From Lama guanicoe (lineage: Eukaryota): a stretch of 64,000 nucleotides of DNA. The notes beneath the pieces were generated by a model. It was not told the origin of the DNA. It did not search any database and saw only the letters and a program-made list of their open reading frames with translations. The stretch covers positions 967,168-1,031,167 of the forward strand of contig MU053482.1 of assembly GCA_013239625.1 (NCBI GenBank), given 5' to 3'. Numbering within the stretch: the first letter of the stretch is position 1; every line of letters starts with the position of its first letter. Of this stretch, positions 13,247-24,937 are shown one piece after another. The position numbers and the translations under genes were made by a program.

Positions 13247-13520
13247 CATGGACAGAGAATACAGACTTGTGGTTACCGGGGGGGGGCGGGGTAGAGGGTG
13301 GGAAGGGATAGACTGGGATTTCAAAATTGTAGAACAGATAAACAAGATTACACTGTATAGCACAGGGAAATATACACAAAATGTTATGATAAATCACAGA
13401 GAAAAAAATGTGACAATGAGTGTGTATATGTCCATGTATGACTGAAAAATTGTACTGAACACTGGAATTTGACACAACACTGTAAAATGATTATGAATCA
13501 ATAAAAATGTAAAAAAAAAA
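13247..13520 (+). mobile_element. Young lineage-specific L1 3' end, 5'-truncated
   Basis: G-rich tract, aataaa and poly-A tail. Perfect TSD gaaaataata at 13237-13246 and 13521-13530. Same family as the copies at 44944 and 48272. Confidence 0.92.
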
Positions 13521-14827
13521 GAAAATAATAAAACTTTGATAAATATAAATAAAAGTTTTGAGCAAGAATAGCAAGGCACATTAATACATAGGAGAATAAA
13601 CATCTGCTAACTCTGGCTGGAGTTCTAGGATCTAGAGCTGGAAGAGGAAAACAGGAGAGACTAGCAGATAGTCTAAGATAACAGAATCAAAGCAATAGGG
13701 AAAAGACATAGCACCTAGTGGGGAACACAGGCTGGAATCCAAGGAAACTGTCAAAAGGAAGTGAACAATAATAAAAAGAGAAGTAAAGGAGAAAGAATAA
13801 AGTTCAAGGCCACAGGTCTACATTACAGCATATTCAAAAAAGCAAGAGAATGAACTGGGGGAAAGAGGGATGGCTTGCATGGGGCAGCGGCGGTAGGGGT
13901 GCGGGTAGGGGGAGTGATCCAGCAGAACCTGAAGAGTTTTGCATCAATACTGACTCAAATCCTCTTTCAGATGTAGGCAAGGTCATATCCACAGGTGTTA
14001 TAAATGACAAATAGTAATTTTTCAATGATTAATTTAGAAGTTACACATAATTCAGATTGATACTCCAACAAGATTTTTATCTTAGAAAGCAGCAAAATGC
14101 TTCTATATTTCATGAGAAATGAACAGGTCACACAATTCCAGAACTTACAAAGGAACAATGAAGTATTAGAACATGGTAGAGACCGAAGTGCTTGGCTTCC
14201 AATTCTGCCGTAGAATGTAAGAGATCACTGGAGCAGAATAGAACTCTAAAAACTGTATAATCAAACCATCGGTATCACAAAAGAACTGACAAAGAGCATT
14301 TATTAAATGACAAGTGGATAGCTAGATAATAATTTAAGAAACCAGTCATTTAAATCCAACACACACTCAATGTGTATCTCTCACCAAAATGAATTCTGAA
14401 AGAATGAATGAGTAAACATTTAGTGAAGTCAAATTACAGACTGGCCAGATAAAGATTGTTCAAATATTTGCACGTACAAGGTTCTTTTAAGAATTTAAGT
14501 CATAAAACAAAACAGGCTCAAGATATGACCTTGTGTGTGGACCCTCGCCTGACTGTTCTGCCTCTTCCCCACTTTTCCTCCTCCCTGTGATGCTTACATG
14601 TCTACCCCTCGTACAGGATTCTGAGCCTCTAGGAGAACTGATATAAAAACACCAAACGTATATAAAAAGAAATATACAATTAGTAGAACATTGAAAATCA
14701 GCTGTAGAGCATATATATGTATATATGTGTAAATATGCTTTTTGCTGTTATATGCTTAGGGAAAAATAGGGAGATACCTAAGAAATCACAGATATATTTA
14801 TCTGTGGAAAGTGGGATTACTCTATGA

Positions 14828-15281
14828 TAGTGGTTTTCAACAATTTTTTTTTTGTCTTGGGACTCCTTTAGACCGTAGAAATTGTTGAGGACCCCAAGGA
14901 GCTGTTTATGTCAGTTATATCTATAGTTACTGTATCAGAAGTAAAAACTGAGAACTTAAAAATATATTTAATCTGTTTTTCAGTTTAAATTACAACAAGC
15001 CCATTGCATATTAACAGAAATAACATGTTTATATATATTAAAAAAAAGGCCACGCTTTCCAAAATTAAAAAAATAGTGAGAAGGTAACATAGTTTTACCT
15101 TTTGTAATTTTCTTTAATGTCTGGCTGAATAGAGACAGCTGGATTTTATTCTACTTCTGAATTCAATCTGGTGTATTCGGAACTCCTAAGAGAATTAGAA
15201 TAAAAAAGGAAAATAAAAATCTTAGTATTAATATGATAATAGTATTGACCCAGATCACCAGACAATACTTTGAGAACTGCT
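14828..15281 (+). mobile_element. Charlie1-like hAT non-autonomous DNA transposon
   Basis: Termini tagtggttttcaac and ctttgagaactgc; internal ttgaggaccccaaggagct matches recalled Charlie1. Confidence 0.75.
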
Positions 15282-16693
15282 TCTCAAGAAGAGGAGAGGA
15301 AGAGTTTTGTTTTCACCATAGTTTGTATTTTAGAGTTCTCTAAGCCTTATCTGTTAAATAGGAAAAATAATACTGCTCTGTAGACTCTTTGTGAGAAATA
15401 TGTGTAATGAGCTAAGAAGAGAAATAAGCACATCTTGGGCAATTAATAAATAATAGATGTTATTATAATAATCATTTATTATGCTGATGGTTCAATTTGA
15501 AGTGATGATGAAAACTTCTGAATTTAAATCCAGTGCTCTTTTCACTGAAGCTGCAGTATAGCTTAGAGGCTGCAGACAGGAATTCTAGGGCTTAATACAC
15601 CCTTTTGGAAAACTATAGGTTTTGAGGCAGCAAAGCCCCATTTGCTGGTGGGAGAAATGCTGAAGCCATCCTTGACACTGACAGGCCTGAGGGTAGTGAT
15701 ATTTGCAGACAAAATGGAGGAGAAGACTGCCCAGACCACTAAAGAGAAAGGAGGCCAGGGAAAGCATGAGTAGTGAATGAAGCCAGGGAGTCAATTAATC
15801 AACTCAGGGCCCTGGTCTATGAAGGGCACACAAGACTTTACACCCAGGGCTGGATTGGGCATAATGCAAGCAGGTATTAGAGCTGGTAGCCTAAGAAGTG
15901 AAGATTGACAGGATGATGTTGAAAAGTAAAGTGGACTGGTCAGAGCACAGACATGCACTGGGGCCATGACAGTGGCAAGGGTGCTCTCCCCAAATTTCAC
16001 CTGCTCCCCCACATTCTCAACACTCATGGTTAAGTGGGGTCAACATGACTGGGGTTGGACAATAATAGACACAGTAAAAAGGGATAAAGAATTTAATAAG
16101 TACATTGTGAAATGACAGTTAAGAGGCATGAAGGATATTTATTTGATCAGAGTCCAAAAAAATCTAATGGAGGAACTGAAAGATAAATATCATAGGAGAT
16201 AAAAATTGAGAATTTCAGAGTCAAATAAATATGTGTCCTTAGACTGAAAATATATGCCTAAAAGCAAACAGGATACAGATAATGCACCACACATAAACAT
16301 TTCACAGTGAATCTGCAGAGCATCAAAGATAAAAGAAAATCTTTAATACTATTAGAAAATGCAGATTACACATAGAGCAACAAGTATCTTGATAGCAGAC
16401 TTCTCCATAACAATAGATGGCAGATCAAAGAATAATATTAAATGATAAATTTTTAATTAAGACTAAGAGAAAAATAAAAATATTTTCAGCTTTTCTTTAG
16501 CAAGACAAGAGGTTAGAGGGAAAGAATAGGAAGTAATTTTGACAATAATGAATGTTACCTGAGGCTTTACTTCCAGTTGCTGTAGGCATAGAAAGCCAGG
16601 AAACTAGGAACATAGCTAAGCTACCAGGGATTCTATAACCAAAGCTGCCAGTATCACAGTGAAGCATTAAATCATTAAAAGGCCATATACCAG

Positions 16694-16785
16694 GGGGCAA
16701 GGGTATAGCTCAGTGGTAGAGTGTGTGCTTAGCATGCATGAGGTCTTGGGTTCAATCCGCAGTACCTCTGTTAACAGCAACAACC
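16694..16785 (+). mobile_element. Camelid tRNA-derived SINE (Vic-1-like)
   Basis: A box (tagctcagtggtaga) and B box (ggttcaatcc). TSD aaaggccatataccag (16678-16693) / aaaagccatataccag (16786-16801). Confidence 0.93.
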
Positions 16786-16999
16786 AAAAGCCATATACCA
16801 GACCAGAGAATCAGGGTAACACATCTACAAAACCACCAAATAAGAAAAAGTAACCACAGAGGGGAAGGGAGAAGATAAAAAGAATGAAAAAAATCCTTAA
16901 GATTCAAAGTTGAGCTCACAAACCAAAATTAAAATGTATGAAGAGACTTAATGTTAAGAGAACAGTCTACAAAATCAACAAGTGAAAAATTAATTTATT

Positions 17000-17510
17000 G
17001 TGATAATATTACATAAACTACATAACATCATACAACTGTGTGGTACTGACATAGGGTAAACATATCCATCAATAGAATAGAATTAAAAGTCCAAAAATAA
17101 AGCCATACATGTATGGTCAATTGATGTTCAACAAGGGTAGCAAGGCCATTCAGTAGTGAAAAAAATAGTCCTTTCAACATATGGGGCTTAAACAACCAGA
17201 TTGCCACACACCAAAGAATGAATTTGGATCCCATCTATACCATATATTAAAAATAAGCTCAAAATCAAAGTTCTACATGTAAGAACTAAACTGTAAAACT
17301 CTGTCACCTTGGGTTAGGCAGTGTTTTCTTAGATATGATGCCTAAAGCACAAGCAACCAAAGGCCAAATTAATAAATTGGATTTTATCAGAATAAAAAAC
17401 TTGCGTGTTTCAAAACGTACTATAAGAAAGCGAAAAGAGAAACCAAAGAATGGGAGAAAATATTTGCAGATTGTGTCTGATGCGGGTCTAGTGTCTCGGT
17501 CGTATGCAAG
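17000..17510 (+). mobile_element. Old L1 ORF2 fragment
   Basis: gtgtggtactgacatagg...tatggtcaattgatgttcaacaaggg. ORF 17335..17517 (MMPKAQATKGQINKLDFIRIKN) is ORF2-like. Confidence 0.85.
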
Positions 17511-18589
17511 TAAATGAGAATAATATTGACACTGAGTTTTTCATCAGCCTCACCAAATGCAGAAGCCATCATCCTAACTGGGAATATGTCAGAAGCATTC
17601 CCTTTTAGAACAGGAACAGAAGAAATGCTTTGTGTTCTCATAAAGAGGAAAATTCATTTCAAGTTAATTTATTGATTCAGTGAAATTTCAATTAAAATAA
17701 CTACAGAGCACTTTTATAGCATTTACTAAGCTAATTAAGGACCAAAAATAAAAAAGACATTTTTTCAGAAAAAGACCAGGGGAAAGATATGACTTATCAT
17801 TGTGAAATTATGTCCAAATGATGTCTGCGCAGAAAGAGAAATAAACCCTATTATTTATAGTTTATTTTCTAATTTATTAATCATATGAATCTAGAATTCA
17901 TTTAATATTAATAACATTCCACTGACTATTTACACAGCATGTATATAAACTGATAAATCCAATGTAGGAATTAAACAGATTAAATTCCCCAAAACATTTA
18001 AGTGTTGATTGCAAACTTAATCAAACACTTCTAAACCTTTAATTAGAATTCCTTTGAATATATGAGTCTCTCAACTGCTCTAAAATTTCAAAAAGCTGTC
18101 AAAATGCACGTGCAGCATAATTATTATACAACTGATCAGATAAACCCCAGAAAACCTGAGTATAAAGTGTCACCAGGGTTTTAAAATTATTTCTTTGTTA
18201 TCTTCATTATTACACCTATTTCTTACTGGAGTTGACGTCAAGCTGAAGTTTGGGAATGTTACTTTCATACTTTCCTAAATTTTCATTAATTTTCAGACCC
18301 TAAAGAGAAGAGGTACTATGTGAGAACAACTAGGGTTTCAGGATCTGGATATGGGCTAGAACACGTGAAGTTGAGTCCTTCCTTTTTAGTAAAGCTTTCC
18401 ATGTTACATCGTGACATTTTTCCATTCTCCATCAATCATGTTGATACTAATTTTTGACACTTGGCATCTTTGCCAGAATGATGTATTCTATATGTTTCAG
18501 ATGACCAACAGCATTGCCCTATTATCATGATATATAATATGGATCTGGTCTAAGATTTTCTATTATATTTACAATGAGAAATCTAGGGC

Positions 18590-18985
18590 ATAAGACATTG
18601 TGGTGTTGACCAATGGATCAGAATAGAAAACCCGCAAATAAACCCAAGCAGGTGTGGAAACTTAATTTAGTACAGAAGTGGCATTAATCAGTGTGGGAAA
18701 TGATGGGTGACTAAATATATGAAGCTGGGATAACTGGTTATCCATATTTAAAAATGAGATTTTATCTCACAGTATACATACAATAAATGAAATTCTGCTG
18801 CATTAAAATGTAAATGTTAAAAACAAAACTTCAAAAATTTGAAGAGAAAATATAGGAGAACATCTTTATAACACTGGGATAGGAAAGAATTTCTTAACAC
18901 ACCACATGAATACATGTATAATAAATATTATTGGCATATTTTACTCTATTAAATTTAAAAATTCTCCACAACATAGGCAAACTTA
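18590..18985 (+). mobile_element. Very old L1 (L1ME-like) ORF2 fragment
   Basis: gaccaatggatcagaatagaaaacccgcaaataaacc and gaaaatataggagaacatctttataac motifs. Confidence 0.7.
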
Positions 18986-19553
18986 AGTTTACTGAATTAG
19001 CTGGACTCAACAGAGAAATAGAAAGCAACCTTATTACACCCCTATACCTTCAAATCTGCATTTCAACTTAAACTTTCATGTCCCTCAATGAAATTCTAGT
19101 GAATTCTACTAGTGTTTGGTCACTATCTGGAAGTAAATAAATATTTTCTTATTCTTGGCATTTAAAATTCCAGTTCTCTATACTATAAAACTCTATACTC
19201 CTACTGAATGTAATTTTTCCCATTCCCAAACTGAGCGTTGTTTCACACTTGGAACCTGATTAGGGAGGTGCATGCTTGCTTCCTCTCTGGCTCTGAGGAA
19301 GCCCTGACAGAGTGCCCAGCTCCCCTCTTCTGGTGCCCGGCCAGCCTGGCCCCCTCGTGTCCAGGGCCAGTGACCCCAGTGCCCAGCAGGGGCAGGAGAG
19401 AGGCTGGGCAGGGAGAGGGTTTACTTATGTTTTCTTTCAAACAAGAAACACAACTTTATTTTTCTTTACAAAAGTGAAAAAAAGAAACCAAAAAGATACC
19501 AACATTTGAACTACTTTTAAAAAGTTAACATAATTAAAATTCTACGTTAACTG

Positions 19554-20692
19554 AGCGACCATCTTGCTTCTGGCCCTGACAGATTCTCCTGTCCGGGTCA
19601 CTGGGACGCTGAGCCCACCGTGCGGACACTACCTGACAATGCTGTCCCGGGTGGTACTTTCTGCCGCCACCGCCGCAGCAGCCCCCTCTCTGAAGAGCGC
19701 AGCCCTCCTCGGTCCAGGGGTATTGCAGGCAACAAGGATCTTTCACACAGGGCAGCCAAGTCTTGCCCCTGTGCCACCTCTTCCTGAGTATGGAGGAAAA
19801 GTTCCTTTTGGGCTGATCCCTGAAGAATTCTTCCAGTTCCTTTATCCTAAAACTGGTGTAACAGGACCCTACATGCTTGGAACTGGGCTTATCTTATATT
19901 TACTGTCCAAAGAAATATATGTGATAACTCCAGAGACCTTCTCTGCCATGTCAACAATAGGGGTGCTTGTCTATGTAGTTAGAAAATATGGTGCCTCTAT
20001 TGGAAAATTTGCTGATAAACTCAACGAGGAAAAAATTGCCCAACTAGAAGAGGTGAAACAGGTTTCCATCCAAAACATTCAGGATGCAATTGATCTGGAG
20101 AAGTCACAGCAGGCACTGGTTCAGAAACGCCATTACCTTTTTGATGTCCAGAGGAATAACATTGCAATGGCTTTGGGGCTTACTTACCGGGAACGGCTGC
20201 ATAGAGTATACAGGTAGGTAAAGAATCGCCTGGACTATCACATCGCTGTGCAGAATATGATGCGTCAAAAGGAACAAGAGCACGTGATAAACTAGGTGGA
20301 GAAGCACGTGGTACGGAGCATCTCTACACAGCAGGAAAAGGAGACAATTGCCAAGCACGTTGCAGATCTAAAGGTCCTTGCAAGGAAGGCTCAAGCACAG
20401 ACAGTTCTGTAAACGCATCTATCCCAATTGAGACAGCTAGAAATAATTGACTAAAAGGAAACTAGTCTGTGTGACAGAATCCTTCTGTATTGCTGTCTTC
20501 TAAAGTTACAATTTACCTTTCCTAAAAATGAAAGGTTTGAGTTTCATATAATGAGAGAATTAAAACAATCTATTGGCCAGTAAGACGTTTCTCTTATCCT
20601 TTCCTTCGTGCTCTGCATTTTGAGTTATTCCATGATCACTTTTGAATAAGCAATTTACTTTTAATAAAAATTTGACTAAATCGGAAAAAAAA
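19554..20692 (+). pseudogene. ATP5PB: Processed pseudogene of ATP synthase peripheral stalk-membrane subunit b (ATP5PB/ATP5F1)
   Basis: Intronless frame from ATG 19639 to native TAA 20410-20412 (257 codons): MLSRVVLSA...FFQFLYPKTGVTGPY...KRHYLFDVQRNNIAMAL...AQAQTVL. In-frame TAG at 20215-20217 (ancestral Glu) and 20293-20295 (ancestral Trp). Both UTRs, AATAAA at 20663, A tract at 20685-20692. TSD aaattctacgttaactg (19537-19553) / aaaatatgcgttaactg (20689-20705). Confidence 0.97.
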
Positions 20693-20705
20693 TATGCGTT
20701 AACTG

Positions 20706-21800
20706 GTACAAAAACAGAAAGAATAATGGAAAAAAAATACAATTCCAGACTTGGAACTAAGTGTGTATGGGGAGTTTATCTTTGGTAATAGTAGCTTTTT
20801 AAATTAATAGGGAAAACAAAGATTAGTAAATGAATGTACAACAATTTGCTAACCATTAGAAAAAGATCTGATTCCTACCTCACTTACCATATGAAAAGAA
20901 ATTCTTTTTAAGGGGTTGAGGGGAGATAATTAGGTTTATTTATTTATTTTAATAGAAGTACTAGGGATTGAACCCAGGACCTCATCCATGCTAAGCACAT
21001 GCTCTAACACTGAGCTATATCCTCCCCGCTCATACCAAAATAAATTCTTGCTGAAACAATAAATACTAGACCATTAGTGAATATTTTTATAATCTTGGGT
21101 TGGGGAAGACCTTTCTAAGTTTGCCTCAGCATCAGAAAACATAATAGGAAAGATTGGCAAATTTGACTACTTAAAAAAATGACACTTCTGTCTAAAACAC
21201 CATAAAAGGTTGAAAGGTAGAAAGCAAATTGGAAAATTGTTTGCAAAATGTTAGACAAAGAATCAATATCTCAGATAAATAGAGAGCTCTTAAAAATCAG
21301 AACGGAAAATACTTAATATTTTAATGGAAAAGTGGGCAAAATACTCTGAGGCAAGTTACCAAAGAAATACAAAGACATATGAAAAATGTTTAGCTTCATG
21401 AACAATCAAAGAAATGTTAGTAAAATGTGAATAGTCTTTTTCCCTTATCAAACTGGCAAAAATTAAAATTATTGACAACTCAAATTTTCAGTTGTGAGGG
21501 GCAGCAAGTCTTCTCCCGCAATACTGTGGAGAGTGTAAAACAGTCATATCACCTTAGGAAGGGAGTGCGGAGGTATATATTGCAATGTGAAATATTTCCT
21601 TCTGCAACACACTTCTGGGAATTCACCCAAAGGACATGAATGCATATTACTGCTCCACTGACAATACTGAAAATGTGAAACAACCTTAATGGCCATCAGT
21701 AATGGACTGGTCAAGTAAATTATGATGTAGGAATTTCATCCAGCTCTTAAAAGTGGGCTCTATATATTTACTGACTAAAAAGACTTTATTGAATGAAAAA
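20706..21800 (+). mobile_element. Very old L1 (L1ME-like) ORF2/3' region; host of the ATP5PB retrocopy (left part ~19495-19553)
   Basis: Removing the retrocopy rejoins ...ataattaaaattctacgttaactg|gtacaaaaacagaaagaataatgg, an L1 ORF2 motif. Later motifs include ggaagacctttctaag and gattggcaaatttgactac. Confidence 0.7.
20907..21030 (-). mobile_element. Camelid SINE (Vic-1-like), long form
   Basis: ggggagataattaggtttatttattt tail segment plus tRNA-like head. Degenerate TSD catatgaaaagaaattctt / cataccaaaataaattctt. Confidence 0.9.
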
Positions 21801-21812
21801 TGAAGGTATCAG

Positions 21813-21937
21813 TAAAATGAAAAGGCTGCCTACTGAATGGGAGAAGATTTTTGCAAATGACATATCTCATAAGGGGTTAATATCCAAAATATGCAAAGAA
21901 CTCATACAATTCAACATCTAAACAAACAACTCCATTT
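21813..21937 (+). mobile_element. Isolated internal L1 ORF2 fragment flanked by direct repeats
   Basis: aaaatgaaaaggctgcctactgaatgggagaagatttttgcaaat... with no 3' UTR. Flanked by aaaaatgaaggtatcag / aaaaatgatagtttcag (14/17). Confidence 0.75.
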
Positions 21938-22912
21938 AAAAATGATAGTTTCAGAACATAGGCTATGTAAAATTAAAATAATAGATTTGTATCTAGATGC
22001 TTGAAAACATGCTCACCCCTCCAAGAAAAGTAATAAAAAGTAATGCATGTTTCATATTTTTAAAAGATCCAATGCTACAGAAATGTCAAAAGGAAAAGGT
22101 GAACATGCTTTTCTCACTTCTCTCCTAGATTCCCTGTGACACCAGCCTATAGATAAGCAGAGTTAAATTGAGTTCTAACCTTAAAATCTTAAAATCCATA
22201 TCTACCCTGATGCTAGCATGGATGGATATAGAGATATATTGACAGGATATAGAAATAGGTGGATATTTAGAATTACATGTTGTCCTGCTACTTTAAAAAT
22301 ATTTAATGGAAATATTGTTTGCACTAATAAAAGCGCACAGATCAAAATTGTACATCTGTTTTCACAAACTGAATACACCTGGGTAACCAACTCCAAGCTA
22401 AAACAACAGCAACAACAAATGTTACCAGAATGTTACCAGCACCCCAGAAGACCTCCTTGTGCCCCTTTTCCAATCACTCCTCTGACTGTGCTGACTTCTA
22501 ACAGTAGAGATTAGTTTGGCTAGTTTTGTATTTTCAATAAATGTAACAACAACAATAAAGTGTGTGCTTTTGAGTCTGGCTTGTTTTGCTCAGTGTTGTA
22601 TATCAGAGATAGATCCATATTGCTACATGTAGCAGTAGATCATTTCTTCTCATTGTGTCCAGCATTCCATCGTGTGACTGTACTGCAAAATATTTATCCA
22701 TTGCACTTTTGATGGGCTTTTGGGTAGTGTCCAGCTTGGAGTTGTTATGAATAGCGCTACCATGAACATTCTTGTACATGTCTTTTGGGATTCATGCAGG
22801 TGCATTTCTGTTGACTATAAACCAGAGGGTAGAATTAATGGGTCAGAGAATATGATAATATTCAACTTCAGTGTACACTTCTAAGACATTTTCCAAGCCC
22901 ATTTACACCCTT

Positions 22913-23305
22913 TATGATGGTTAAATTTAGGTGGCAACTTCACTAGGGCACAGTATCCAGATCTTTAGTCAAATGTGATTCTAGATGTTTCTGTGAAGGT
23001 GTATTTTAAATGAGACTAACATTTAAATCAGCTGGCTGAGTGAACAGATTACCCTCCATAATGTGGATGGGCCTCATCTGATAGCTGAATGCCTGACCTC
23101 CTTGGGGGAAGGAAGAACTCTGCTAGTAGATGGCCTTTGGACTCAAACTGCAGCTCTTTCCTGGGTCTCCAGCCTGCTGACCCACCCTGCAGATTTTGGA
23201 CTTTCCAGCCTCCCCAACTGCATGAGACACTTCCTTAAAATAAATCTCTCTCTATGTATACACATCTGATTGGTTCCATTTTTCTGGAGGACCCTGACTA
23301 GTACA
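22913..23305 (+). mobile_element. Solo ERVL LTR, MLT2-like, nested in an old antisense L1 (~22290-23400)
   Basis: tgatggttaaattt...gattaccctccataatgtggatgggcctcatc...ccctgactagtaca. 5-bp TSD ccctt/cccct. Confidence 0.88.
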
Positions 23306-23477
23306 CCCCTACCAGAATTATTTTCCCCCCGCCCCATCCTCCCTAAAGTTTGTATTTAATGTCTTTGATTTTAGCAGTCTGGTAGATGTAGTGCCACTTG
23401 CTTTAGGAACATATTGTGTGCAACATTTTACATCAAGATATTTGGCCTTCATTTGGCTTTAAAGATTATAGATCTTC

Positions 23478-23478
<1 letters not shown>

Positions 23479-23510
<32 letters not shown>
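23479..23510 (+). repeat. (CA)n microsatellite followed by TA-rich tract
   Basis: Read directly from the sequence. Confidence 0.95.
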
Positions 23511-23517
<7 letters not shown>

Positions 23518-24131
23518 GTGTATATATATAATATAAATACTTATATATAATATATATAGCATCTTCTATTTAACAGCCTCCTAATAATGGACATTTACAT
23601 TATTTCTAGTTTTTTGTTATTATAAATAATACTGCTATGAAAAAATTACACAGAAATCTTTAAATATTTTTGTGAGTGTTTCTCTAGGCTACATTCCTAG
23701 AATTGAAAATTTGGGCCAGAAATACATATATTTAAAATGATGGCCAATGTTTCCAAAGTGTTCTCCAATTATATACGAGTATGTACTCCTACCAGTGGCA
23801 AATAAGAGTGCCTAATTATCCACACCATTACTAAGTAAGATGTATTTTTAAGGCCTATCTGATTTTCATTTTTTATTTCATTTACATTTCGTTGGTTATT
23901 TGCTAGGTTGACTTTTTAAAATATGTATTAGTCATGTATATTTCTTTGATGATTTTTCTGTTTGTATCTTTTACCCTTTTTTTCTGTTGAATAAGTTTGG
24001 CTTTCTAAATGATATATAAGAGTTCCATAGGTAGTATAGATATTGCATTGACTCTTTTGTGATGCAAATATTTTTGCCTTGTTTTTGTATTAAGGAGGCA
24101 AGGTAGTATACTTCTTAAGCAAATAGTTTTT

Positions 24132-24937
24132 TTTTCACTGAAGAAGACATACAGATGGCCAACAGGCACATGAGAAGATACTCAGTATCACTAATTATTA
24201 TAAAAATGCAAATCAAAACTACAGTGAATGAGCACCTCACACTGGTCAGAATGGCCATCATTAAAAAGTCTACACATAATAAATGCTGGAGAAGGTGTGG
24301 AGAAAAAGAACCCTCCTACACATTTGGTGGGAATGTAGATTAGTTCAGCCACTATGGAGAACAGTATGGAAATTCCTTTAAAAACTAAAAAAATTCCCAC
24401 TCCTGGGCATATGTCCAGAGAAAACTATAATTTGAAAAGATGCATGAACCCCAATGTTCATAGCAGCACTATTTGTGATAGTCAAGACATGGAAGCAACC
24501 TAAATGCCCATTGACAGATGAATGGATAAAGAAAATATGGCATATATATACAGTGGAGTATTACTCAGCCATAAAAAAAGAATGAAATAATGCCATTTGC
24601 AGCAACATAGATGGCCCGAGATTATCACACTAAGTAAAGTAAGTAAGAAAGAGAAAGATGATATAACTTATATGTGGAATCTAAAAAAGATGGTACAAAT
24701 TAACCTATTTACAAACTAGAAATAGACTCACAGACAGAGAAAACTATGGTTAGTGAAGGGGAAATGAGTGGCAGGGAGGGATAAATTAGAAGTTTGGGAT
24801 TAATATATACACACTACTATATATATATAATAGATAAACAACAAGGTCCTACAGTATAGCTCATGGAACTATATTCAATAGTTTGTAATAACCTATAATG
24901 GAAAATAATCTGAAAAAGAATACATATGTTTAAAAAA
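24132..24937 (+). mobile_element. 5'-truncated artiodactyl-type L1 (ORF2 end plus 3' UTR) inserted in a MIR
   Basis: ORF 24155..24343 ([15 protein letters not shown]...[13 protein letters not shown]) is ORF2-like. Flanks aagcaaatagtttt / aagcaaattggtttt. MIR-like sequence resumes at 24945-25145. Confidence 0.9.

Noticed and set aside
16694..16785. tRNA genes (tRNA-like sequences here and at seven other sites)
   Set aside because: They are diverged copies with A-rich tails and TSDs, so they are SINE heads rather than tRNA genes.
18290..18606. Minus-strand frame ...SFWQRCQVSKISINMIDGEWKNVTM*HGKLY*KGRTQLHVF... as a named pseudogene
   Set aside because: It looks protein-like, but has about seven stops in ~90 codons, close to chance for AT-rich DNA, and I recognise no parent protein. 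Kept only as a BLASTX suggestion.
19564..20217. 217-aa ORF as a functional ATP5PB gene with an N-terminal extension
   Set aside because: The extension comes from a TTG start in the retrocopied 5' UTR; the true ATG is 19639. No introns, poly-A remnant, TSD and two nonsense codons mark a processed pseudogene.
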